Below, in pieces: positions 42,080-54,400 of a DNA stretch of 64,000 nt. The stretch's first letter is position 1, and each line of letters begins with the position of its first letter. The stretch is from Octopus sinensis (Eukaryota), in contig NC_043001.1 in NCBI RefSeq assembly GCF_006345805.1, positions 58,590,001 to 58,654,000 on the forward strand, given 5' to 3'. A model generated the notes under the pieces. It was not told the origin of the DNA. It saw only the letters and a program-made list of their open reading frames with translations, and made no database searches. Both the position numbers and the translations under genes were made by a program.

Positions 42080-43251
42080 TCAGTAACGTAAGCCTTCTGG
42101 ATCACCTCGAGCCTGGTAGCAGCTTAAATATTATTAATATGTTTTTCAAAGCCCTTGGCAACTGCTCTTAAATCTCCAATTACCAACGATATCCCCATTA
42201 CTTTCCTCATATCCCATAACTTTCCTATTTCGTCCCGCAGAGGCTGGTATTTCTCACTCTTTTCTGTTTCCTTATATTTCACCCTCGAATCGCCTGGTAT
42301 TGCAACATCTCTTATCTTTACTTCTTTTTTACCTTTATGGATGAGTACAATATCTGGTCGTCTCGCCTCTTTGACTTCGTCGCACTGCATGTTAGATTTC
42401 CAGTATATTTTGTAATGTTCGTTTTCCATTACTCCCTCTGGTCTTTCTTAAATTGTGTTGGATCTACGGCTTCCTTCACTTTTAAGGTTCCCTGAATTTT
42501 CACTGATTCAATCATTTCTTCTTTACTACCGTTGACATACCAAGCCGCAATATTATCCTCTTCTCTTACACAACTTTCACAACACACCAATGCCCGTCCT
42601 CCTTCTTTCCTCTTTCCTTATAATTTTCACACATCACTCTTGGGGTATCTTCGTAGCTCATTGTCCTTAATTAACATGTTCTCCGGTCTATCTCTTGTAA
42701 TTCATGCTTCTTCCAAGATACTATTCCTATCTCATCAAAGGAACCGCCCACTTGTTAATTGCTCTAATCTTATAGAGGTCATTGGGCTTTGAGTGGCGCA
42801 CAAGCCAAGTTCTCCTCACTTATTCTTTGCTGTACATTTCATTCATCTTGTGTTCATTCATCTTATCTCTTTCAATGATACCCAGGTACTTATTTACTTC
42901 CTCTCTGACTTCCTTTATAGTTTTACCAGTTTCTAGCTTTACCCCATGGCTTTTACTGTATTTCCCCCTTTTAAAAAGCATTACACCACATTTCTCGATC
43001 CCAAATTCCATGCCACCACCTTTGCTAATCATTTGCACAGTTGCCGTCAAACTCTCAATATCTTTCTCAGTCTTGGCGAATAGCTTTAAGTCATTAATAT
43101 ACCACAGGTTGTTTACTTTCACCCTGCCTAGCATGTACTCTACACGCATCTTTCTTAAAACGCTCGTTAGCGGCAGTATGCAGAGAATAAATAGGAGAGA
43201 CGACAGACTGTCCTCTTGAAACATTCCTCTTTTGATATTTACTTCTCCCAA
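42080..43251 (-). mobile_element. R4/Dong-like (RLE-bearing) LINE, 5'-truncated and internally deleted
   Basis: RT ORF 42820-43251 (KRGMFQEDSLSSLLF...LWYINDLKLFAK). Restriction-like endonuclease ORF 42124-42429 (RRPDIVL...DVAIPGD...EKYQPL...VIGDL). The 5' junction is in a TTA/TTG array. Confidence 0.85.
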
Positions 43252-43717
43252 TTATTATTGTTGTTATTATTATTATTATTATTATTACTATTATTATTAT
43301 TATTGTTGTTGTTGTTGTGTTGTTGTTGTGTTGTTGTTGTTGTTACTATTAACGTATTATACGCTAAACAGGAGAGACACATTATTTTACTTCTGAAGCA
43401 AGCCTGTTACAATTTTCTTAGTTATTCTTCTATTTACTTAGGAGAAGTTTAGGATGTTCAAACAATGATCGTAATTTCACAGCTAAAAGATCTTCAAACA
43501 AATAACTTTAAAGGCAAACATTTCTACTTGAAACACGTCGCAGATATTACAATTCAATTTGTTTTCACAAAAACTCATACATATACACTTACATTGATAT
43601 ATACGTACAGACACACACGCGTACATACACACAGGTACACACACACACAAATAATATAGACATATGTATATGGACGTGTGTACATACACAAACATACATA
43701 TATATTACATTAAATGA

Positions 43718-43752
<35 letters not shown>

Positions 43753-43755
<3 letters not shown>

Positions 43756-43837
43756 ATTCGCCATGTCGGATCGCTGAACTCCACACGCAGAGAGAATGAA
43801 AAAATCTTGTAGATTCCAGTGATTCAACATGGTGAAT

Positions 43838-43840
<3 letters not shown>
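43753..43840. other. 88-bp hairpin / mini inverted-repeat element inside (TA)n
   Basis: Arms 43753-43776 and 43817-43840 (24 bp, 4 transitions), 40-nt spacer, TA repeats on both sides. Confidence 0.75.
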
Positions 43841-43921
<81 letters not shown>

Positions 43922-44987
43922 GTATGATGTATGTATGTATGTATGTATGTATGTATGTATGTATGGTTAATACAACATGTAACGGAATTGTAAACTCTAT
44001 ATGTATATTTTATATAGTAGTAGTAGTACCATATATTATATAATTTTATTCCCATATTTACTGATGACTTCTTCGATGAAAAAATCTTGCCATGAATAAT
44101 TAGAATGTAACATGTGGAGTACGCATCTCTCTTGTTACCGTGTATATCTACGTTGAACAGTGTGAAAAAGCTTCCGTCTGCATATGTTTTGTATACAGTA
44201 TGATATATAATATGCCTACTTTCGATGCATATACTTAGAGACAATTTTATATGAAACATGACGCGCCTGATATCCTTATGGTGCTGGTCACGAAGGGATC
44301 GATCTATATTACACAACCTGCCTAGAGATAGCTTTGTCAAATAAAAGCGTTTATGTAGCGGAAGATGTGTTATGACGCAAAAGCATGTATATTCTCTTTA
44401 TATTTTTTTCTGTTTCTTCTCATTTTTGCAAATTTCTTTCTTCAGTATATTCTTTCCATATACAAAATGTCGTAATCTCAAATAAATCATATATCATGAA
44501 TATAGTTGTTGTGAACTCTAGAAAAGGAAATAATACGTTGCTAGGACTATGATTTACTATGTGGAGTACATATATATATCTTATCAAAATGCCTATGTAC
44601 TCAGAAAGACATACAGACGTTTCACTTCACCCTCACTCTCTCTTCCACCATACCTCTATCTCTTTCTCTCTATCTATCAAACACACACACACACACTCAC
44701 ATGTACACGCACATACACATGCCCCACACACTCACATGCACACACACACAATCACAGGCACACGCACACACATTCATAATACATATATATAATCGTATGC
44801 TGAATGTCCGGTATTTCTTATAGACTAATGTTTCACGCTTCTTAGGTTGATTTTGGACAGACATATCCTGGTAGCATTACGCAGACATATTTGTTTTGTA
44901 TGGTTATATTCCGTATTTTATGATATATTTTATATATGGTAACATATATTTTTTATGATATTTGTTATTTTCTTCTAAAGAGGAGTC

Positions 44988-45026
<39 letters not shown>

Positions 45027-45120
45027 TTATCTATATGTCTATCTGCATGCACACACACATATATATATATATATATGTATATATAAGTATATAAGGTATA
45101 TACACATATTTTATTCGCTT

Positions 45121-45229
<109 letters not shown>

Positions 45230-45437
45230 GTTGATAGATAGATTTATATATATGTATGTGTATATATTTATGTATGTGTATATGTATATATATATATATA
45301 TATATAGTTGAGTGTAGAAATTCGGGGTGAGTACTTGATATTATAAGCACCTGTGTATACCGTTTGGTGGTGTAGGTGGTGGAGTAAATTGATCAAAATA
45401 AAATAAAAATAAAAATAAAACATGAGGCGAAGGATTC

Positions 45438-45516
45438 AGCGGTACATATGTTTCGGGCCTTTATTAGACAGATACATAACAAATCATAATGTATGTCTGT
45501 GGCCTCTTCAGCCGCT
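45438..45516 (-). ncRNA. Type-I hammerhead ribozyme (left arm)
   Basis: AGCGG-CTGAAGA-GGCC...(long stem II)...GGCC-C-GAAA-C-ATAT-GT-A-CCGCT. Confidence 0.85.
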
Positions 45517-45748
45517 CACAACAGCTTCCACAAGGACATGTGTTAGTTCCGAAATTCTTGGCTGGGGATGCAAATCTTCTCGTTCCCGTACGACAAAATG
45601 CGGCAGCAGCATCGAATTGAATCGTCCATCTCCTTCTGGACGATTCAATTCGATGCTGCTGCCGCATTTTGTCGTACGGGAACGAGAAGATTTGCATCCC
45701 CAGCCAAGAATTTCGGAACTAACACATGTCCTTGTGGAAGCTGTTGTG

Positions 45749-45828
45749 AGCGGCTGAAGAAGGCCACAGACATACATTATGATTTGTTATGTATCTGTCT
45801 AATAAAGGCCCGAAACATATGTACCGCT
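45749..45828 (+). ncRNA. Type-I hammerhead ribozyme (right arm)
   Basis: Stem I AGCGG/CCGCT; CTGAAGA 45754-60; stem II GGCC/GGCC extended by ACAGA..TACAT/ATGTA-TCTGT; GAAA 45812-15; palindromic stem III ACATATGT; GUA cleavage after 45823. Confidence 0.85.
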
Positions 45829-46499
45829 GAATCCTTCGCCTCATGTTTTTATTTTTATTTTTATTTTTATTTTGATCAATTTATATATATATATATATAT
45901 ATACTTACATACACACAGGCAGGAAGACAGACAGACAGACGAACAGATAAATAGATAGATAGATAGTTGAATGTATATCGATAAACACACACTTGGTATA
46001 ATTTGTCGTTTTCGATACAGTGAAGTGTCCAAGAAGAATTACGCATTTCACATTAATAATCGAAAACACAACGAAATAAGGAATCTCTCCTCCGACATAG
46101 TGTATGGTATGTGAGAGGGAAGAAGGGTGAGGGATAACAAGAGGGATAGTGAGTGTGCGGGTATAAATCGGTAAGTCGATGTGGAAAGGTAAAATCAGTA
46201 CATAGAGGAGAAAACGGATATTTTTCTCCGTACAGCATATGACTCTGTCGTCTATACTAAGAATGCACTGAGTTTCGATATACACTGTTAAACAAATCGA
46301 AAGCAGTGAATCATCCTCCTCACACATAGATACATATTTGTAAGTATGCATGTAAGTATAAATGTATGTATGTATGTATGTATGTATGTATGTATGTATG
46401 TATGTATGTATGTATGTATGTATTATGTATACATGTTTGTAAGCATGTTTGTATGTAAGTATTTCAAAAATTTTCCATAATACATTCATACATCAAAGT

Positions 46500-46760
46500 A
46501 GCTTATTTTTTTGCTGAGAATTTTTCTTTAGGTTTGGTGCGGTTGAAGAAGGGACAGAGACTGCTGAGTTTGACACCATTAATTGTACGTTTAAAACGTT
46601 GCAAGTCGACACCGGCAAGAATGGCATCATCAGAGAAGAAATTCTGATAACTGGGCGTTTTGTTACTGTAGAGCCCTAGAAATTGAACATGGCTGGAGCG
46701 AGATTGCCTGAGTGGCTGTGACATGAGCCCAAGAAGCCGTAGAGACCAGAGACCAAAACG
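46500..46760 (-). mobile_element. LINE (CR1/L2/jockey-like) 3' fragment
   Basis: SHVQF...KTPSYQNFFS...VDLQRFKRTIN resembles LINE C-termini. Confidence 0.45.
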
Positions 46761-47284
46761 TAGAAAATTCAGTGAGTTGAAACAGCACGCCTACGGTCTA
46801 GTGTTTAATGTGTGTGAGAGGACATAGCTGTTCAATCCAGTGACTTCTCTCTATACACAGTCTATGATGTCCATATGTGTGAACCATAGAGCTTTCTGTG
46901 ATCCTCTACTGATCATGATGGCATTGCTCATAGAAGTAATATAAAGAGAATTGTGAACTTCGATAATACCTTTCGGCTTATTTAATTAAAAAGAAAATAT
47001 AGCGATCAAATATGTGACCGTATATATGTTATCTGCAAGTTCTATAAGTTGCTGTCAGTTAAAGTTTGGTATGTGCATTTATCGACTCAGTTATGCCTAC
47101 GTGTGTAAGAAAGATGTAACTATGGTTGGAGCCATTTTAGCAGTTGTCGGGGTAATAAAAGGCCCGCATGTATGTATGTGTATGTATACATACATACATA
47201 CATACTTACATACACACATATATATATAGGTAGAATCATTATACAACTATTCATATTAGATGAATTAATTTCATAGCAGAACCT

Positions 47285-47491
47285 AGATTATTTAAATTAT
47301 TTACATTTGACGGATATTTGTCCTCATCTTGTTTGTTGTTAACACAACGTTGCGGCTGATATACCCTCCAGCCTTCATCAGATGTCTTGGGGAAATTTCG
47401 AACCTGGGTTCTCATTCCTAAGGTATATTTCAATGTTCTTCTTATTATTATTCTTCTTATTCTTATTCTTAATATTATATTATTATTATTA

Positions 47492-47550
<59 letters not shown>

Positions 47551-47625
47551 CCACTTCACTGCCTGGAATCGAACTCGGAATCTTGGGGTTTGTAGCCAGC
47601 TCTGTTAACCACTATGCCATAGGCC
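47285..47625 (-). mobile_element. Composite SINE-like element: tRNA-like head + (AAT)n + hammerhead-bearing PLE-type tail
   Basis: A box TGGCATAGTGG 47609-19, B box GAGTTCGATTCC 47565-76, (AAT)n 47440-47550, then a tail containing the HHR at 47342-47386. Confidence 0.7.
47342..47386 (-). ncRNA. Hammerhead motif with one core mutation
   Basis: ACAT-CTGATGA-A-GGCTG-GAGGGTATAT-CAGCC-GCAA-C-GT-T-GTGT; GAAA is changed to GCAA. Confidence 0.75.
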
Positions 47626-48047
47626 GATTCCTCATCTTTTAAATATAGAACTGTATTACCTAGATTAGTGCTCGTAAATGATCAGAGTTGCTGGTGTTTT
47701 GGTAAGTTCTATGCTATTTAGCAGCTTTTCGTTAAGATTTTCGATATGTATATGTATATTGCACTACCGGACTCCCAGATACAGAACCAGTGTATGAATT
47801 ATGTATGCATTTCATACATAACTCGTGGGAAGTGGGTGTGGTTTGTTGTTTATAATATTACGAATATAGAATATATTGTTCCATCAGTGATTGCAGATAT
47901 TACAAATGACGCACGCAGACAAACACACATAAAACTTATGCATGATTTATACACATACACACGCACACGTAAGTGGGTACGTGTTATATATGCATACATA
48001 TGTATACATAGATATACTGATATAATATATGTATGTATATATGTATA

Positions 48048-48084
<37 letters not shown>

Positions 48085-48124
48085 GTATGTGTGTGCATAT
48101 ATATATGTATATACATATATAGAT

Positions 48125-48193
<69 letters not shown>

Positions 48194-48919
48194 TGATATA
48201 ATATATAGATGTACATATGTATATGTATATAATATATATAAATGTGTGTGATTATATATGTGTATAGTTATATATAGATACATATATATAAATACGTATA
48301 TATATATATATACATACACAGAAATACACATACACAAACATTTGAATTTATAGTATTATTCAAAGCCAAAGGATTGAAAACATCGTAGTTTTATAGAATT
48401 CAGTTGAAGCCGATGCCAGTAAAAATTGTTTTCCTCTGATTAACTCTAATTTTGTAACTTAATAGCACTCACACGTATCATTTTAGTCGTGAGAAAATAT
48501 TTTGTGTTCATACAAATATATTGTGGAGAATATTGCATGACACCAGTTAATTACTTTTCGAAGAAAAATAAATAAATAAACATACAACAATATTAAAGAA
48601 AGGCGTGTGATACATTCAGTTATTGTCTTACTTGAACCTCTGTAGCACTAGAAAATCTTTTGAACATTGCGTATCCAGCTGCAGAATATCACTCTCACAT
48701 GATACTATTATCACCATTAACCATTTCAATACCCCCTGCTAATATAGCAAATTAATTTCCTATTTGCCATCTTCAAAAGATCTGAACGTTTTTCGTTTTC
48801 AATGGCTGTGTTAAATCAACATATGAAATCGATGCCATTTTTAGTATTTCGGTGTTTTCACATGAATATTCATTGTGTTATAGGCATTGTCTGATCTAGT
48901 TAGAAGTTCATTTTGCAAT

Positions 48920-49200
48920 CAATCACGTGGTTCCCCGTTCGATCACACAGAACGTGAAGGCGAGAATGTGTCTTCTACCACGACGGAAATCAACTAATTC
49001 AAGTGATGCTGGGCAGTCAAAAATCCTGTGCAAACCAGGCTGTGTGCTTAAGACGTTCGCTTCTCAACGATGCTGCTTGGGGTTCAGTCCTATTGAACGG
49101 AATTTGGGTAAGTGTCTTCTACAACAACCTCGGACCAACTAATGTTTTGTAAGTGGATTTGGTAGACGGAAACAGTATGGAATTCCCTGCGTGTATATTC
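48920..49200 (+). mobile_element. SINE body fragments
   Basis: Contains GTGTCTTCTAC twice and TGTAAGTGGATTTGGTAGACGGAAAC, recognised by eye as a conserved SINE body/tail block; ends in a TA-rich tail. Confidence 0.55.
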
Positions 49201-49559
49201 ATATATATTGAGTATACGTTGGTGTTTGTATGTGTATGTGTTTCTTGGGCATGCGTGTGCATGCGAGGATGTCTTTTCCCCACACAACTTGACAATTGGC
49301 TTTGTTTTTATTTTCATACTTTTAACGGTTCTATCAAACAGGCAATTAATAATTGCACGGATTGATTTGTCCTACATGCACTTCACGGCTGTGACTCTGC
49401 AAAGCAGCAGTCAAATGACTGAAACAAATAAAGCGAATAAAGTATATGTGTGTATACCTTATATACTTATGTATATAAGTATGTATATGCTTATGTGTAT
49501 GTATAAAATTAAATAATTAAATAATGAGTAGGGAACATAAATTACGTAATCAAATTCAA

Positions 49560-50690
49560 TTGCTTGCAGCAGTAAACAGCATGGCTTTCGCTGCGGCAGG
49601 GATTGTCTAACACAGCCCTTACATCTCATCGATGGTGTCCTTAAATCCTAAGGATCAGGTTCGAAATCTGTCATATATCTTGATTTCAGGTTCGACCACA
49701 ACATCCTACTGTCAAAATTGTCAAATAGTGTTATCCGTGGGAAACTACTACACTGGGTTGAGTATTTCTTGGAGAAGAGAAAATAACATTTTATGATTGA
49801 TGGAATTCTCTCAAGTCCGGCAACTGCTTGGGCCCGCTTGTATTTGTAGTCTACATAAACGACATTTCAACTCCAGGAAATTATCAAAGGGGAAGAAGAC
49901 CACACTGAACTCTAGTTTGATCGGCATGTCAATGGTTAGACAAAAAGAAAGTGAAACTAAACTAGGTAAAATTTGTACTGATGTATTTTGGAAGAAAGTC
50001 TATGCTAAAACAACTATATTCTCTTCCTTCAGGAGAACCACGTACAGTATCTAATAATATCAGAGACCTAGGAGAAATTGTTGACACAATCTCAGCTGGA
50101 GTGCCAACACCAACATTAAAGTCGTTGTAGCTTGTAAGATGAAGTCTTGGATCCTAAGAACTTTCCGGTTCAGTCAGCATTCCTCTTTTCTCATTTTTTG
50201 TACTGCCATACCTTGAATACTACTGACCCCTGTGATCTCCCCCTCACAAAACAAAAAATTTCGAGAATTGAATCACCCCAGAAGGCATTCACTAAAAGAA
50301 TTAAGTGCATGACTGATCTCGATTATTGAGACCGCCTTAAAGCTTTGAAACTCTATTCTCTCCAGCGCCGCTGTGAGCGATACATCACTTGCACTATGTA
50401 GATAATATACCACCAATATTGTCCAAACGACCTCAACATTATTTTCTGAATTCACCCAGGGCTATGCCCACGTGCCATACGTTCTCTATCCAATTCGGGA
50501 TCACAACACATAAATGCACTGCAACACACTGCCCTATTTAACATTGTCTCAAAATAAATCAAAGAGGAAAAAGATCCATCAACTTTAAACGGAATCTGGA
50601 TTATTGTCTTCAAGTGATACTAGATAAGCCACCTATACTTGGATACCACTCACTTAACAAGAACTCCCTACTTGAATAGGCCATGATACC
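49560..50690 (+). mobile_element. CR1-like LINE RT/3' fragment, decayed
   Basis: IYLDFRFD..; ILLSKLSNSVIRGKLLHWVEYFLEKR; VYINDI; RDLG; ISRIESPQKAFTKRIKCMTDLDY*DRLKALKLYSLQRR. Confidence 0.8.
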
Positions 50691-52379
50691 ACGATTTTTA
50701 ATTTAAAAAGGTTTTGGTAAACCTTATCAGGTGGTGTAATTAAGTTAGACATGGCCTGGGTGATCTAATTTATCTAAGTTATCTAAGCTATATATATAAT
50801 AGTAACATACAATAAAATATTATAATAGTATGTTTATATATTAAGATATTTTTCAAACAGTTATAATATAGATGGCTATAGCAATTAAAACCAAAATGGT
50901 AAAAATTATAAATGAGGGTGCAAAAGAGCACCTACAATTGCTAGAAATGAGAGACAAAATCTAACTCGAACAGCCACACAAAAGTACTAACCTCATGAAA
51001 TATTCGGTACTGCAAGCAACAAGTAGTTTGATAAAACCTTTTCACGTGATTTCGAAATTCGATCTCTATGATTTTGTTTTTCCTTAGAGGTTTGCACAAT
51101 TACACTGGGTTACAATTACACTGCCTCCCATCCGTTCGTGAGGGAAATACCGTTTAAAATTGAGCGCTAAAATTCAAATGCATAATAAATAAATATAGTG
51201 AATATAATACAGAACAAGTTAGTCTTCTCTTCAAAACATGCTCGAGGCATCCCTTGGTAGATTTCTGGAAGCATTTGTGTAAGTCCTTATAAAGATTATT
51301 TTGCACTCAAAGGAACCACATTGGCAGCAGAATTAATAACATCTAGCCCTCTCTGAAAATCTGGGTTTCAACGTCATTAATATCCTTGAACTAAAATTCA
51401 CAATCATTTTAATTACTAAACATTTCTTTAAGCAGTGTATTTCTCTTTCTCAATCATAGTATCATCTTCATTATCACTTTCGAGCGTGAATTTCATATGA
51501 AATCCTGATTGGATGCCCACCCAACTTCAGTTTTCCGACATTATTATTCATTTATCACATATAAGAATTATGTATACTCTCGCCGAAATTTTTGCGAAGC
51601 CTGTCCTCTTCCCATCTGGTGCCAAATTACACAAGACCATGCGATTTGTCTGCTGTTGTCTTCGGTTTGTGTATGTTATTTTTTACTCTGTCCACAAAGG
51701 ATAATCTTCCCCGAGATGCGAAGGACAGAAATATTACTGGATTTCACGCTCTCAGCCGCTCACTTTTTCCACTAACTTCCACTAACTTCACATTTTCTTG
51801 AGGTAGCAAGTTTCTCAAGAGACTTTTATATCCATATGTATAAAAGCTTGATAGCTTGCACTAGCATACACATTGATTTTCACTGTACAACAACATCGGC
51901 GTATAAATCTAGGAATGCCCTCCCATCTCAAGTTTTCGAAGGTGTCTTCAAGACACCCCAAAAACTCTTGACGGTTATGGTCATCTCTACATTCCCGATT
52001 TGCTAAGCTTTTGACAAACAAAAGTTCAACGGCTAATAAAAGGGCTGCGGAAGTGAGACTAGGGCTACATTGTTTCAATACATTACGCTTTCGAATACGT
52101 AGCATGCACTAGTAAATACAAATAACCCTTTCCCGTTTTGTACGACTATTCTTTCTTAATCGCTCTCATTGTTTGCCCATTTGGCATTACATTTCCTTGG
52201 CTTCTTTCAAATCTTTCTGTATAGCGCTCTTTTCTATCCCAAATACCATACCTACGCCAATTGAGAAAAGGAGGATAGTATGTACAAGACTTCAAGCTGT
52301 TTCTCATTTTTTGCATAAATCTTTATATCATTCATGAAAAGGAGGTGAGTTTTCTTACCATTTCCGTTTCCTAAATCGT

Positions 52380-52510
52380 AAGCGATTTTAACTTTTCGTA
52401 GTATCATAGTGAGATGTCATGGTCAATAGTAATGTAGATATGCTATCACCTTGGAATATTCCACGTCTGATGTTCAATTTGCCGAGCTTTTGTTTTCTTT
52501 TGATCAATTC
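52380..52510 (-). mobile_element. R4/Dong-like RT fragment
   Basis: LGKLNIRRGIFQGDSISTLL. Confidence 0.7.
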
Positions 52511-53075
52511 AGAATCCCAAATGCTATTATCAGTGTATGCCATCAAAGTGACACTGCAGTACGAATATACGAAGCCCAGTATACTCATCCTGACTACTCG
52601 TCTGATAAGGGTACACCAGGCACATGCACCAAGACCATATATGCGTGATATAGTGATTTCATATCAAGATAAGCAAGGCATGACCTTGCAAGTTGGGCCC
52701 AGTTAGAGTTTTCGTCATTTCGAATAGCCGGTCCTGATCAAAATGTCCTTGAATAAGGGTTGCTTAAGGATGTTGAACGAAACATTCATGTTTCCAAAGG
52801 TGAATTATTCAAACCCCCAAAGAATTCCTCTCAAGACATGGCTATTATGGTTCCCCACTACCTCTACTCGTGATCAGAGTTGCACATTTTGTCAGCCATT
52901 AAATCACATGCTCAACTGATTAAGGTCAAAGGACTGACAAGCAAATCTGTGGTATTGAGCAGAATATTTACTGTAAAACATATGTTATACGAAGACAAAA
53001 CAACGTACGTGATAACACTTCCAATCAGTTAAGATGAGAAACCATGAGAGTACTGGCAGGTGCTGCATCAGGTCA
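52510..53075. repeat. Dispersed repeat, homologous over 52775-53060 to 56030-56311
   Basis: Shared blocks GAACGAAAC...CCAAAGG, GCAAATCTGTGGTATTGAGCAGAATATTT and GATAACACTTCCAAT. Confidence 0.8.
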
Positions 53076-53089
53076 CTATTATTATTAAT

Positions 53090-53300
53090 AATGCAAAATT
53101 TGGCAGAAAGCCACTAAGTTCGAAGAAAATGTTAAGTCGATCAAATCGTCCCAAGCGTTGAACTGGAACTTATTTCGTCTTCGCTGAAAAGATGAAAGGC
53201 GAAGTCGAAACCTCTAGAAATTGAACTCAATGTAAAGACAGACGAAATGTCGCTAATCTTTTTGAATGGCGTGCTAAAGACTGAAGAAGCTCGCTGGTAT
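53090..53300 (-). mobile_element. tRNA-derived SINE, diverged
   Basis: Homologous to 11235-11456 (GAAATTGAACTC, GATGAAAGGCGAAGTCGA). Confidence 0.7.
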
Positions 53301-53335
<35 letters not shown>

Positions 53336-53349
53336 TGATGATGATGATG

Positions 53350-54400
53350 ATGATTTCTTTTATCCGCCACCAGGGTGAAGAATGAGGGGGACAATACAAA
53401 CACAGACATAATCTGCGGGTGTGTATATATAATGGAATGGTAAAAAAAGTAGTATACTTAGTATACATAAAAAGAAGTGAAGTATACAGAAAAGTTTTGA
53501 CGATGGGGGTACTCCTGATACAAGAGGACCACTAGGGATGATCGAGGAACCCCACCATCCAAGATCACCCTGAATACCACAGATATATACCATTTCCAAC
53601 TCTTTTCCTCCGACTCAAAGGACTACACTGAGTTTGACATCATCCACTTTCACAACTTTCACCACCTATTGATAAATTCACTCGAGTACTCCGTTTCCGC
53701 CCTCGCTTTACTTTTCAATTGAAACTTTAAAAAGTTGATGAGGGCTTTACCAAAGAGGAATGTCTCTATCTGCATTACATTCAGCCTCGTCCACCCGACA
53801 ACCTCTTTCGCCTCACCAGCCAGGCAAAGGAAAACTGACTTGCCGGCCGATTAAATGAGGGCTGCTGGGTAATGATCACCATGGACCTCGGACGACAGAC
53901 GTATTCGTCCCACGCGCGACAGCAGCAGTGCGACATAACTCCACAAGTCAGCAATTACCGGATACTGTACGGGAGCATGCAGTACGGTTTCTCTGCTCTG
54001 CGTGCACCTCGGACAAGCCCGTATGACAGCATATCCGTGCCTGTAAAATTTATCTCGAACAGGTTGAGCTCCCCGGTAGCACTGCCAAGCCAAAGATATC
54101 TGGAAATTATCCAAAACATTTCCCGACCGAAAAGTCCCCCGGAACAAATTAGTTCTTCTAGTGTACCTTTCAAGTATTTTCGGAATAACAGTCCTACACT
54201 GCCGCCTGCTCCCGACAGATCACAAGATGAGAATACCTTGTAATATTCAAAAATGGTTGCAAGAGTATATTTCCCGGCATTTCTCGCCTCACTAATTGCT
54301 GTCACATCTAAATTTCCAGACCAGAGATCGTTGAGCAGGTGATTCTCCTAAGCTGAACCCAAGCTCTGAACATTTACACAGCTATTCTGAGTGTAGCTAT
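53350..54400 (-). mobile_element. Tx1/L1-like LINE 3' portion with (ATC)n tail
   Basis: ORF 53851-54147 AQPVRDKFYRHG...ACPRCTQSRETVLHA (zf-RVT CCHC knuckle, last Cys mutated); tail ends in ATC/ATT repeats. Confidence 0.7.

Larger units (their letters stand above)
45306..45883 (-). mobile_element. Short Penelope-like insertion with a 5' inverted duplication (foldback), in a (TA)n array
   Basis: (TA)n, then ~80 bp unique, a 244-bp arm, an 8-nt loop, a 247-bp arm and (TA)n. Both arms contain a hammerhead. Assignment to PLEs is an inference from HHR type, microsatellite target and inversion. Confidence 0.6.
45385..45883. repeat. Near-perfect long inverted repeat (palindrome)
   Basis: 45385-45628 is the reverse complement of 45637-45883 apart from three 1-nt indels; loop TCTCCTTC 45629-45636. 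Confidence 0.97.

Noticed and set aside
47551-47625. True tRNA gene (also 29487-29570)
   Set aside because: A and B boxes are present, but the acceptor stem and cloverleaf are not intact and the context is a SINE.
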